DNA of 64,000 bases from Solirubrobacterales bacterium (GTDB taxonomy: Bacteria; Actinomycetota; Thermoleophilia; Solirubrobacterales; 70-9). How positions within the stretch are numbered: the stretch's first letter is position 1; every line of letters starts with the position of its first letter. The position numbers and the translations under genes were made by a program. Under the pieces are notes generated by a model. The model saw only the letters and a program-made list of their open reading frames with translations. It did not search any database and was not told the DNA's origin. The stretch covers positions 3,174 through 67,173 of the forward strand of contig JANWHW010000018.1 in assembly GCA_025450195.1 (NCBI GenBank), written 5' to 3'. This document shows, in pieces, positions 44,074 to 52,031 of this stretch.

Positions 44074-44723
44074 AGGCCCTGGCGCAGATCTCGGTCCGGT
44101 CGCCCGGTGACCTTCAGCCGGGAACTTTGCGCCGCCGCGATCTCGAGGCCTTCGGCAGTGTGCTGGCGCAGCTGGGCACCTGTGGCATCGTCCTGGTGAC
44201 CGGTACCGACGAGAGCAAGCGAACGTGTGCCCTTGGCTTGGCCACAGCCGCGGTTGTCGATGGCCGCCGAGCCGCCCTCCTCGAGTGCGACTTCGCCAAA
44301 CCGGCGCTCGCCAAGACGTTGAGCCTCTTGGCTGAGCCAGGCCTCCACGAGTACTTACGGCTGGAGGCCGAGGCGGGGCAGATCCTGCAGCCGGTGATGC
44401 TCGCCGGCCCGGAATCCGGCGAGGTCACAGCGCCCCTGGTCTGCATCGCGGGAGGTAAGCCGACCTCACAGGGGTCGACCCTGCTCTCGTCGCAGGGCTT
44501 TCGTCACGCGACGTCGAAGCTGCGGGCCGCCTACGACCTGGTGGTACTCGACGGGCCCTCTCTCGAGTCCGATGCCGTGCAGCTGAGCAGCGTTGCCGCC
44601 TGCGCGGATGCGTCGCTCGGCTGTGTCGAGCGCACGCTAAGCACTCGTCGCTCGGCGAGGAGGCTGAAGCGCCGCCTGCGCCAGCTCCCCACTCGAGTCG
44701 CCGGCTTGGTGGCCTGCGGCTGA
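44070..44723 (+). CDS. BY-kinase/MinD-like P-loop-fold protein with degenerate Walker motifs (hypothetical)
   Basis: VLVTGTDESKRT replaces GxxGxGKS/T. ECDFAKP occupies the Walker A' position and VVLDGPSL the Walker B position. The GTG overlaps the argS stop codon (ATGTGA). Confidence 0.55.
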   Translation: MKALAQISVRSPGDLQPGTLRRRDLEAFGSVLAQLGTCGIVLVTGTDESKRTCALGLATAAVVDGRRAALLECDFAKPALAKTLSLLAEPGLHEYLRLEAEAGQILQPVMLAGPESGEVTAPLVCIAGGKPTSQGSTLLSSQGFRHATSKLRAAYDLVVLDGPSLESDAVQLSSVAACADASLGCVERTLSTRRSARRLKRRLRQLPTRVAGLVACG

Positions 44724-44727
44724 CCCT

Positions 44728-45183
44728 CTACAGGTCGTATCTGGACAGATCGGCATCGAGGCGTTCGGCATCCGCTCCCCGCGGCGGCGTGGGCGTCGAT
44801 CCGGGCTGGCTCGTGTGCCGGCGCCAGCGCAGCACACCAACCGTCAGCGCCGCAATGGCAGCCAGGAAGGCGATCACCGGGATCAGGTAGGCGGAGAGGC
44901 TGAACCCGGAGCCCTCCGGCAGCGCCAGCACCTCTCTCCCATACTGCGCGACCAGGGCATCCTTGATCTGGGCCTTCGTCTTGCCTTCGACGATCAACCT
45001 TTTGACATACACCCGCTGGCGTTCTGCCTGAGGCGAGTACGCGAGCTCCAGGAGCGTTCCACAGATCGGGCACATCACTTCGTCTTCGATGTCGGCGATG
45101 CCGACCTGGGGCGCGGCGGCAAGCCCGGGCGTGGCAAGCGCCAGCAGCGCAAGGACGGCGACCGGCAGCATCAGTCGCCTCAT
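44728..45183 (-). CDS. ccmH: cytochrome c-type biogenesis protein CcmH/NrfF family
   Basis: Signal peptide, a CPICG redox motif, a conserved downstream helix (IKDALVAQYG), and a C-terminal TM segment. Confidence 0.85.
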   Translation of the reverse strand: MRRLMLPVAVLALLALATPGLAAAPQVGIADIEDEVMCPICGTLLELAYSPQAERQRVYVKRLIVEGKTKAQIKDALVAQYGREVLALPEGSGFSLSAYLIPVIAFLAAIAALTVGVLRWRRHTSQPGSTPTPPRGADAERLDADLSRYDL

Positions 45184-45701
45184 TGCGACTCTTCGATGAT
45201 CGGGATCATCTGCTCCTCGAGATCCCTGTCGTCAACCGGGCCGGGCCAGAGCAGCGCCAGCCGCCCATGCGGGTCGACGAGGAAGTTCTCAGGCACGCCG
45301 GTTGTGCCGAAGGCGGAGCTCCGCTCATTCCCGATCGAGCGCAGCTGGGGGTAGGTCGTGGGGTAGCTCCTCAGGAAGGCGAGGGCGTCGTCGCTGTTGT
45401 CCTGGACGTTGATGCCGAGCACCGTCACACCGTCGCGGCGGTGGCGCTGTGCGAAGCGCTCCAGGACTGGTGCCTCCTCACGGCACGGCGTGCACCACGA
45501 GGCCCACAGGTTCACCAGTACCCAGCGTCCCCGGTAATCGGCGATCGCGGCGTCCCCGCTTTTGTCGAGGAGCGGCAGCCTCTTGTCTGGGATTGGCTCG
45601 CCGACCTTGACCCTGGCATCTCCCTTGCTGAGCAGGCCAAAGATGAGCAGGCCGACGAGGGCAAGCACGGCGGCGAACGCAGCAAAGGCTCGAGCACTCA
45701 C
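45180..45701 (-). CDS. ccmG: TlpA/ResA/CcmG-type thiol:disulfide oxidoreductase
   Basis: N-terminal TM segment and a WASWCTPCREEAP thioredoxin-like motif. Overlaps ccmH. Confidence 0.88.
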   Translation of the reverse strand: MSARAFAAFAAVLALVGLLIFGLLSKGDARVKVGEPIPDKRLPLLDKSGDAAIADYRGRWVLVNLWASWCTPCREEAPVLERFAQRHRRDGVTVLGINVQDNSDDALAFLRSYPTTYPQLRSIGNERSSAFGTTGVPENFLVDPHGRLALLWPGPVDDRDLEEQMIPIIEESQ

Positions 45702-45801
45702 GATCGAGAGGTTAGTCTCACCGCGCTGTGCGACCCCCTTGGCCAGTAGCTGTCGGAGGCGCAGCTCTCAAGCGGGCCCGGCCATAGAATCAAGCTTCCG
45801 C

Positions 45802-45874
<73 letters not shown>

Positions 45875-45890
45875 TACTTCGCCGCTTCAC

Positions 45891-46003
45891 AGAGCCAAAT
45901 TCTTCATCGGGGTTCGAAACCCGTTCGAATTTGGCTCTAGACCTGACTCTCAGAGCCACCCTCGCTGATCGGGGCAGTCTAGACGACTAGAAAGTGCCGG
46001 CGG
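45891..46003 (+). repeat. tRNA-Gly-derived T-arm-like fragment enclosed by a 12-bp inverted repeat, plus conserved downstream sequence (copy 1)
   Basis: AGAGCCAAATTC (45891-45902) and GAATTTGGCTCT (45927-45938) flank CGGGGTTCGAAACCCG. The following about 65 nt are homologous to 49846-49915. Confidence 0.6.
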
Positions 46004-46053
46004 CGGGAATTCGGCTTTAGGGCACTGTCTCCAAGCGGCGATAGCTTCCGAGC

Positions 46054-46794
46054 ATGCCTGAGGTGGTCGTCCTAGTGCTCGCGGCCTGCGGCACCGCACT
46101 CGCCACCGGATTGGGCGCGATCCCCGTCTTCCTGCTTGGCCGCCGCGCCGCTGCGCTGACCCCGCTCCTGCTTGGGTTCGCCGCCGGGGTAATGGGGGTG
46201 GCGGCGATCGCCGGGCTGCTGATCCCTGCGTTCCAGGAAGGATCGGCAGCGGCGGTGATCGTCGGCCTCCTCGCTGGGTTGGGATTTCTCATCTTTGTCC
46301 GCCGTCACTTCAGCGCCGACGCCGGCTTCATGGGTCAAAGCGGGCCGGGAGCGCGTACCTCCGGCCTTGTCTTTCTCGTCCTCTTCGTCCACAGCCTGCC
46401 CGAGGGCTTTGCCGTGGGAACTGCTTTCGCCTCAGACCGAGCGGGGTTGAGCCTGTTCGTCATCCTCGCGATCGCGATCCAGAACATCCCGGAGGGCACG
46501 AGCGTCGCAATTCCGATGGAGGAGGCTGGATTCAGTCGTACGCGGATGTTCTGGGCAGCGGTCGGGACCAGCGCTCCGCAGCCGGTCGGCGCCCTGATCG
46601 CGTTCGTTGCGGTCGAGCAGGTCAGCAGCCTGCTGCCGCTCTCCTTCGCTTTTGCCGCCGGGGCGATGCTGGCGCTGATTGCCATCGAGATGCTGCCTCA
46701 GGCCTTCTCGGGACCGAGACGCGGCGGGCCGAGTTTTGGCGTGGCTTGCGGCGCCGCGCTGATGCTGATCCTCAGCCTCCTGCTCGGCGTCTGA
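46054..46794 (+). CDS. ZIP-family divalent metal transporter (ZupT/GufA-like)
   Basis: Multi-TM protein with HSLPEGFAVG and IQNIPEGTSVAIPM motifs. Confidence 0.92.
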   Translation: MPEVVVLVLAACGTALATGLGAIPVFLLGRRAAALTPLLLGFAAGVMGVAAIAGLLIPAFQEGSAAAVIVGLLAGLGFLIFVRRHFSADAGFMGQSGPGARTSGLVFLVLFVHSLPEGFAVGTAFASDRAGLSLFVILAIAIQNIPEGTSVAIPMEEAGFSRTRMFWAAVGTSAPQPVGALIAFVAVEQVSSLLPLSFAFAAGAMLALIAIEMLPQAFSGPRRGGPSFGVACGAALMLILSLLLGV

Positions 46795-46797
46795 TCG

Positions 46798-47079
46798 CTA
46801 GAAGACGGTCAGCGCTCCGAGCGCCAGCACCGAGACCGCGATCACGGCCAGGGCGATTCCGGCACCGAGCGCCTCGATCCAGCCGGCGTTCTCATGGCCG
46901 AGGGTGAAGGGCAGGTCGAAGTCCATTGTTCCCTCGGGCCACTCCATTAGGTGTAGGTCGGAATGACAGGCGCCGGCCCCACCCACCTTGATCAGCACCT
47001 CTCCGGGGCCAGGTTCGGGAACCTCCACCTCGCGCAGCTGCGGTGGCGTTTGCCATGCAGTGAGCTGGTATGCCTTCAT
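46798..47079 (-). pseudogene. N-terminal fragment of a zinc-dependent alcohol dehydrogenase
   Basis: MKAYQL...PGPGEVLIKVGGAGACHSDLHL...LPFTLGHENAGWIEALGAG matches the first 73 or so residues of the GroES-like domain of medium-chain dehydrogenases. It then runs into an unrelated hydrophobic tail and stops. Confidence 0.6.
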
Positions 47080-47128
47080 CTGTTTATCTCTCCTAGTTCG
47101 TTCAGCTTAGCCCTGCGAGTATGCGCCT

Positions 47129-48022
47129 GTGTCAGTGATCGAGACCGAACGGTTGACGAAGTCCTATGGGAGCGCGCGGGGCATCGAGGAGGTGACGATC
47201 ACGGTCGAGGCTGGAGAGGTCTTTGGGTTTCTCGGCCCTAACGGCGCCGGCAAGACGACGACCATTCGTACCCTGCTCGACCTCCTCCATCCGACCTCCG
47301 GCAGCGCTCGCATTTTCGGACTTGATAGCCGACGCGAGAGCGTTGCGATCCGGGCGCGACTCGGCAACCTGCCAGGTGACTTCGGCTACGGGAAGGGGGC
47401 CAGCGGCCGCGAAGCGCTCTCGCTGTTGGCGCGACTTCGCGGGATGGAGGGCATCGGCAGGGCGGAGGCGTTGGCGAAGCGTTTTCGAGCCAATCTCGAC
47501 CGTCCTCTGGGCGAGCTTTCGCGCGGCAACCGCCAGAAGGTCGGCCTGATCCTGGCGACCTTCCACGAACCGGAGCTGCTGATCCTCGACGAGCCGACCA
47601 GTGGGCTCGATCCCCTGATGCAAGAGGAGTTCCTGACTCTGGTCGGCGAGGAGCGCGAACGCGGCTGTGCGGTCTTCATCTCCTCGCATGAGCTCGACGA
47701 GGTGGAGCGGGTTTGCGACCGAGTTGGCATCGTGCGGGCCGGACGCCTGATTGCCGTGGAGCGGATCGCCGACCTGCTGGGCAAGGCCAAGCGCCGGGTG
47801 AGGCTGGAGCTGGCTGAGCAGACCGACTTGGCGGAGCTGAAAGGGCTTCCGGGGGTGGGCGAATTGAAGGTTGAGGGTCAACGCGCCTCCTTCCTCATCG
47901 GTGGAGATCTCGACCAGGCGATCAAGGCGATCGCCGGACACCGCATCACCGACATCGAGATCGCTCACCCGACGCTCGAGGAGGTCTTCCTCGGCTATTA
48001 CGAGGAGGGGGCCGGCGGATGA
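47129..48022 (+). CDS. ABC-2-type exporter ATP-binding protein
   Basis: Walker A GPNGAGKTT, signature LSRGNRQKV, Walker B LILDEPTSGLD. Confidence 0.92.
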   Translation: MSVIETERLTKSYGSARGIEEVTITVEAGEVFGFLGPNGAGKTTTIRTLLDLLHPTSGSARIFGLDSRRESVAIRARLGNLPGDFGYGKGASGREALSLLARLRGMEGIGRAEALAKRFRANLDRPLGELSRGNRQKVGLILATFHEPELLILDEPTSGLDPLMQEEFLTLVGEERERGCAVFISSHELDEVERVCDRVGIVRAGRLIAVERIADLLGKAKRRVRLELAEQTDLAELKGLPGVGELKVEGQRASFLIGGDLDQAIKAIAGHRITDIEIAHPTLEEVFLGYYEEGAGG

Positions 48023-48798
48023 GCTATCTGATCGCGACCCATCTGTGCGACCGCCGTCGATCGCTGCTCTCCTGGGGCATTCCGCTCGGCCTCTGGTCAG
48101 CTTTCATCGTTGCGATCTTCCCCTCGCTCGAAGACACCCTCTCGAAGCTGGCGAAGAGCTATCCACCGGCGCTGAAAGAAGCGTTTGGGGTCGCTGGGTT
48201 GACCAATGTCGAGCAGTACCTGCAGGCCGAGATGCTGAGCCTGATTGTTCCGCTGGCCCTCGGCTACCTGGCGGTGAGGGCAGTCGCAAGCGGGCTCTCC
48301 GGCGCGGCCGAAAGCGGTCGTCTCGACGTCCTGCTCTCAGCGCCGGTCTCGCGCAGCAATCTCGCGGCGGCGAGCTTTGCCGCGACCGCGGTCGAGCTGG
48401 CTGCGGTACTGGTGGTCACCATCGTCTTCGCTGCGCTCGGCAGCGTAGTCTCCGGCGCCGGCCTTGAGTTCGCCTCCGCCGTTGCCGGCTTCGCCAACGT
48501 CTGGCCCCTGGCGCTGCTCTTCGCTGGCCTTGGCGTCGTTGCCACCGGCTTCTCGCTTCGAACCAGCGTCGTCACCGGGTCGGTTGCGGGTGTGCTGGTG
48601 TCGATGTACGTGATCGACCTGATCGGCCGGCTCGACCCTGGCCTTTCCGGTGTGCGCTACCTCTCGGTCTTCAAGTACTACGGAAACGCGATTGAAGACG
48701 GCATCGAACCGCTCGCCTTTTGTGGAGTCACCCTTGCCGGGGTCGCCCTCGCTGCGATTGGCGCCTGGCTATTCGACCGGCGCGATATCTCTGGCTGA
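48019..48798 (+). CDS. ABC-2-type exporter permease
   Basis: Overlaps the ATPase stop codon. Six-TM hydrophobic profile. Confidence 0.85.
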   Translation: MSYLIATHLCDRRRSLLSWGIPLGLWSAFIVAIFPSLEDTLSKLAKSYPPALKEAFGVAGLTNVEQYLQAEMLSLIVPLALGYLAVRAVASGLSGAAESGRLDVLLSAPVSRSNLAAASFAATAVELAAVLVVTIVFAALGSVVSGAGLEFASAVAGFANVWPLALLFAGLGVVATGFSLRTSVVTGSVAGVLVSMYVIDLIGRLDPGLSGVRYLSVFKYYGNAIEDGIEPLAFCGVTLAGVALAAIGAWLFDRRDISG

Positions 48799-48801
48799 GC
48801 A

Positions 48802-49794
48802 ATGCGTGCGATGGTCCTGGAGAAAGCCCGCAAGCCTCTTCGGATCGCCGAGCTGCCAGACCCGGTTCCTGACTCAGGCCAAGTTCTGATCTCCGTTCAT
48901 GCGTGCGGAGTTTGCCGTACCGATCTGCACATCTTCGACGGTGAGCTGACCGAGCCGAAGCTGCCTCTCGTTCCGGGACACCAGATCGTCGGCAACGTCG
49001 TCGAGGCGGGGGAGGGGGCGGAGCGCTTCATGGTCGGCGATCGAGTTGGGGTTCCCTGGCTCGGCTGGACTTGCGGCGAATGCCGCTACTGCCTCAGCGA
49101 TCACGAGAACCTTTGCGACCGCTCCCGCTTCACCGGATATGACATTGATGGCGGCTATGCCGAGTTGGCGGTCGCCGACGAGCGCTTCTGCTTCCCGATC
49201 GCGGAGGGTTACTCCGACGAGCAGGCGGCACCGCTGCTCTGTGCTGGATTGATCGGCTACCGGGCGCTGCGGTTGGTCGGCGAAGCCGAGCGGATCGGTT
49301 TCTACGGCTTCGGTGCCTCCGCCCACATCCTCTGTCAGGTTGCCGTCCACCAGGGAAGGCGCGTTTTTGCCTTCACCCGCGAGGGAGACGAGGAGGCGCA
49401 GGCGTTTGCACGTCAGCTCGGCGCCGAGTGGGCGGGCTCCTCGGAGGAAACGCCACCGGAAGAGCTCGACGGCGCGATCGTCTTCGCCGCGGTCGGGGCC
49501 CTGATGCCAGCGGCGTTGCGGGCCAGTGCCAAGGGGGCGCGGGTGATCAGCGCCGGCATCCATATGAGCGACATCCCTACCTTTCCCTACGAGATTCTTT
49601 GGGGTGAGCGGATGCTTGGCTCCGTCGCAAATCTGACCCGCCGCGATGGAGAGGAGTTCCTCGAGTTGGCGCCGCAGGTGCCCGTTCGCACCGAGGTCAG
49701 GGCCTACGCGTTGGAGGAGGCGAACACGGCTCTCAACGATCTGCAGGCTGGCCGCTTTCGGGGCGCTGCAGTGCTCACCGTCGACCCGGATTGA
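48802..49794 (+). CDS. zinc-dependent alcohol dehydrogenase (medium-chain dehydrogenase/reductase family)
   Basis: Carries GVCRTDLH and GHQIVG, the structural zinc Cys cluster CGECRYCLSDHENLC, and GFGASAH. Confidence 0.93.
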   Translation: MRAMVLEKARKPLRIAELPDPVPDSGQVLISVHACGVCRTDLHIFDGELTEPKLPLVPGHQIVGNVVEAGEGAERFMVGDRVGVPWLGWTCGECRYCLSDHENLCDRSRFTGYDIDGGYAELAVADERFCFPIAEGYSDEQAAPLLCAGLIGYRALRLVGEAERIGFYGFGASAHILCQVAVHQGRRVFAFTREGDEEAQAFARQLGAEWAGSSEETPPEELDGAIVFAAVGALMPAALRASAKGARVISAGIHMSDIPTFPYEILWGERMLGSVANLTRRDGEEFLELAPQVPVRTEVRAYALEEANTALNDLQAGRFRGAAVLTVDPD

Positions 49795-49822
49795 ATCTCA
49801 GGCAGGTCGGCCCTCCCCCGCA

Positions 49823-49915
49823 AAGGTCGCGGGTTCGAGACCCGTTCAGAATTGGCTCTGGGCCTAACCCTCAAGCCCTCCTTCGCTGACCCGGGGCAGT
49901 CAAGACGACAAAGGA
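49823..49915 (+). repeat. tRNA-Gly 3'-half fragment plus conserved downstream sequence (copy 2)
   Basis: AAGGTCGCGGGTTCGAGACCCGT (49823-49845) is identical to tRNA-Gly positions 45844-45866. The next 70 or so nt parallel 45924-45995. Confidence 0.65.
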
Positions 49916-49964
49916 GCGCCAGTCGTCAACACGCTACTCCGAGGGGCGCATACCCTGACAGTCG

Positions 49965-51113
49965 ATGCGTCGGCAGCAGATCCTCAGTCGGCTGGGAAGT
50001 GAGCCACCGGCCACCTGGCTCGGGATTGTGGCGACGGTTGCCGTGATTGCGGCTGGAACGCTGCTCGTCTACCCACTCAAGGCGGTGGCGCCGGTCGTAT
50101 CGCTCGGGATCGTCTACCTGCCGGCGATCCTGCTGATCTCAACGGTTTGGGGCCTGCGACTGGGCTTGCTCGCATCGATTCTCAGTGCCCTCGCCTTCAA
50201 CTTTTTCCACATCCCGCCCATGCATCGCTTCACGATCGCTGACGAGGAGAACTGGGTTGCCCTTGTCACCTTCGTGATCGCAGCCATCGTCAGCAGCACG
50301 GTCGCGGGCCTTGCGCGCGCTCGCGCTGTCGAAGCCGAGCGCCGTCGTGAAGAAGCCGACCGCGCGCTCGCCGAGCTGGAGGCGCTGACCCGGGAGCGCG
50401 ACCGGATGCAGGCGGAGGCGGTGGAGGCCGAGGCCCTGCGGCGAAGCGACGAGCTTAAGACCGCGCTTCTGCGATCTATCTCGCATGACCTGCGCACGCC
50501 GTTGACTTCGATCATCGCCGGCGGCTCTGCGCTCGGCTCGGAGACGCTGACCGCCGAGGAGCGTGCCGAGTTGAGCGCGGCGATCGTCGGCGAGGGCAAC
50601 CGTTTGTCCCGCCTCGTGGAGAACCTGCTCGATATGTCCCGGCTGGAAGCCGGGAAGGCAGAGCCGCACCGGGAGCCGGTCGATCTCGCCGAGGTGCTTG
50701 ACGCCGCCCGCGAGGGAGTGGGCAACTCGGCGTCGGTTCGGCTGGCGATCGACCCCGACCTGCCGATGGTCGATGCAGACGCCGCCCAGCTAGAGCGCGC
50801 CTTCGCGAACCTCTTGGAGAATGCCGTCCGCTACAGCGAGGGCCGCCCGGTCTCTGCACGGTCTCGACTCGTCGACGGCAATATCGTCGTCCGCGTGGTC
50901 GACCAGGGGCCGGGGATACCCGAGAGCGAGTGGGAGCGGATCTTCGAGCCATTCCAGCGCGGCGACGCCGCCAACACCGGCACGGGCCTCGGCCTGGCGA
51001 TTGCCAAGGGCTTCGTCGAGGCCAACGGAGGCCAAATCGGGATCGAGTCGCTGCCGGGACAGGGCACCAGCTTCATCGTCACCCTGCCGCCGCAGGCGGG
51101 AGCTTCCGCATGA
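49965..51113 (+). CDS. kdpD: KdpD-type sensor histidine kinase, C-terminal module only (DUF4118 TM + HisKA + HATPase)
   Basis: Four TM segments with the FNFFHIPP motif, H-box SISHDLRTPL, N-box LLENAVRYS, and G-boxes DQGPGI and GTGLGLAI. It lacks the KdpD N-terminal and USP domains. Confidence 0.88.
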   Translation: MRRQQILSRLGSEPPATWLGIVATVAVIAAGTLLVYPLKAVAPVVSLGIVYLPAILLISTVWGLRLGLLASILSALAFNFFHIPPMHRFTIADEENWVALVTFVIAAIVSSTVAGLARARAVEAERRREEADRALAELEALTRERDRMQAEAVEAEALRRSDELKTALLRSISHDLRTPLTSIIAGGSALGSETLTAEERAELSAAIVGEGNRLSRLVENLLDMSRLEAGKAEPHREPVDLAEVLDAAREGVGNSASVRLAIDPDLPMVDADAAQLERAFANLLENAVRYSEGRPVSARSRLVDGNIVVRVVDQGPGIPESEWERIFEPFQRGDAANTGTGLGLAIAKGFVEANGGQIGIESLPGQGTSFIVTLPPQAGASA

Positions 51114-51790
51114 ACGAGGCGACGCGAGTGCTGGTCTGCGACGACGAGGCGCAGATCCTTCGCGCCCTACGAGTGATCCTGCGCGACGCCGGCTATGAAG
51201 CAGTCACCGCTTCCACCGGCGAGGAGGCCCTCGACCGCGCCTCGGTGAAGCCACCGGCAGCCGCGATCCTTGACCTGATGTTGCCCGACCTCGATGGCGT
51301 TGAGGTGACTAGGCGGCTGCGCGAGTGGAGCGAGATGCCGATCATCGTCCTCTCCGCGGTCGGGGAGGAGGAGGCGAAGGTGCGCGCTCTAGCGGCCGGT
51401 GCCGACGATTACGTGACCAAGCCGTTCGGGCCACCGGAGCTGGTGGCGCGGCTCGAGGCGGTGCTGCGACGGGCGAAGCCGGAAGCATCGGAGCCGGTGA
51501 TCGCCGCGGACGGCTTGGAGGTCGACCTTGTTGCCCGAGTTGTGAGACGTGATGGGGAGCCGGTCCACCTAACCCCGACCGAGTTCGAGCTCCTGCGAAC
51601 GCTGGCACAGAACCGCGGCCGGCTGATGACGCACCGCTCTCTGCTGGTCGAGGTCTGGGGTGTGGAGTACGAAGACGATGTGCAGGTGCTGCGAGCCCAT
51701 GTCGCCAACCTGCGCGGCAAGATCGAGCCCGAGGACGGACCCCGCTACATCCGCACCGACCCCGGCGTCGGCTACCGCTTCGCGGGCTAG
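51110..51790 (+). CDS. kdpE: OmpR-family response regulator KdpE
   Basis: ATGA overlap with the kinase gene. Carries VLVCDDE, ILDLMLPDLDG, VTKPF and a winged-helix LTPTEFELLRTL...GVGYRF. Confidence 0.92.
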   Translation: MNEATRVLVCDDEAQILRALRVILRDAGYEAVTASTGEEALDRASVKPPAAAILDLMLPDLDGVEVTRRLREWSEMPIIVLSAVGEEEAKVRALAAGADDYVTKPFGPPELVARLEAVLRRAKPEASEPVIAADGLEVDLVARVVRRDGEPVHLTPTEFELLRTLAQNRGRLMTHRSLLVEVWGVEYEDDVQVLRAHVANLRGKIEPEDGPRYIRTDPGVGYRFAG

Positions 51791-51864
51791 ACCTTTACGA
51801 AATCTGTATACGCAGGGCCGGTTCCTTCATGCGGCCTTGACGGGGTGAGACGCACGATCGCTGC

Positions 51865-51945
51865 ATGGATCTCGTCTCGATCGCCCTGGCCGTTGCCGCC
51901 TTCGGGCTGATCTACTTCCTCATCGGAGCGCTGGACCGGGTATGA
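51865..51945 (+). CDS. possible 26-aa hydrophobic peptide preceding kdpF
   Basis: Translates to MDLVSIALAVAAFGLIYFLIGALDRV. ATGA overlap with the kdpF start. Confidence 0.35.
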   Translation: MDLVSIALAVAAFGLIYFLIGALDRV

Positions 51946-52031
51946 GCGCCGCCGAGCTGTTCGGGCTCCTCGTCTCGGCGGCGGTCTTCGGCTACCTCGC
52001 CTACGCGCTGTTCCGCGGAGAGAAGCTCTGA
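51942..52031 (+). CDS. kdpF: K+-transporting ATPase subunit F
   Basis: The 29-aa sequence MSAAELFGLLVSAAVFGYLAYALFRGEKL shows the YL.YAL...E+ pattern typical of KdpF. Its stop codon overlaps the kdpA ATG. Confidence 0.7.
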   Translation: MSAAELFGLLVSAAVFGYLAYALFRGEKL

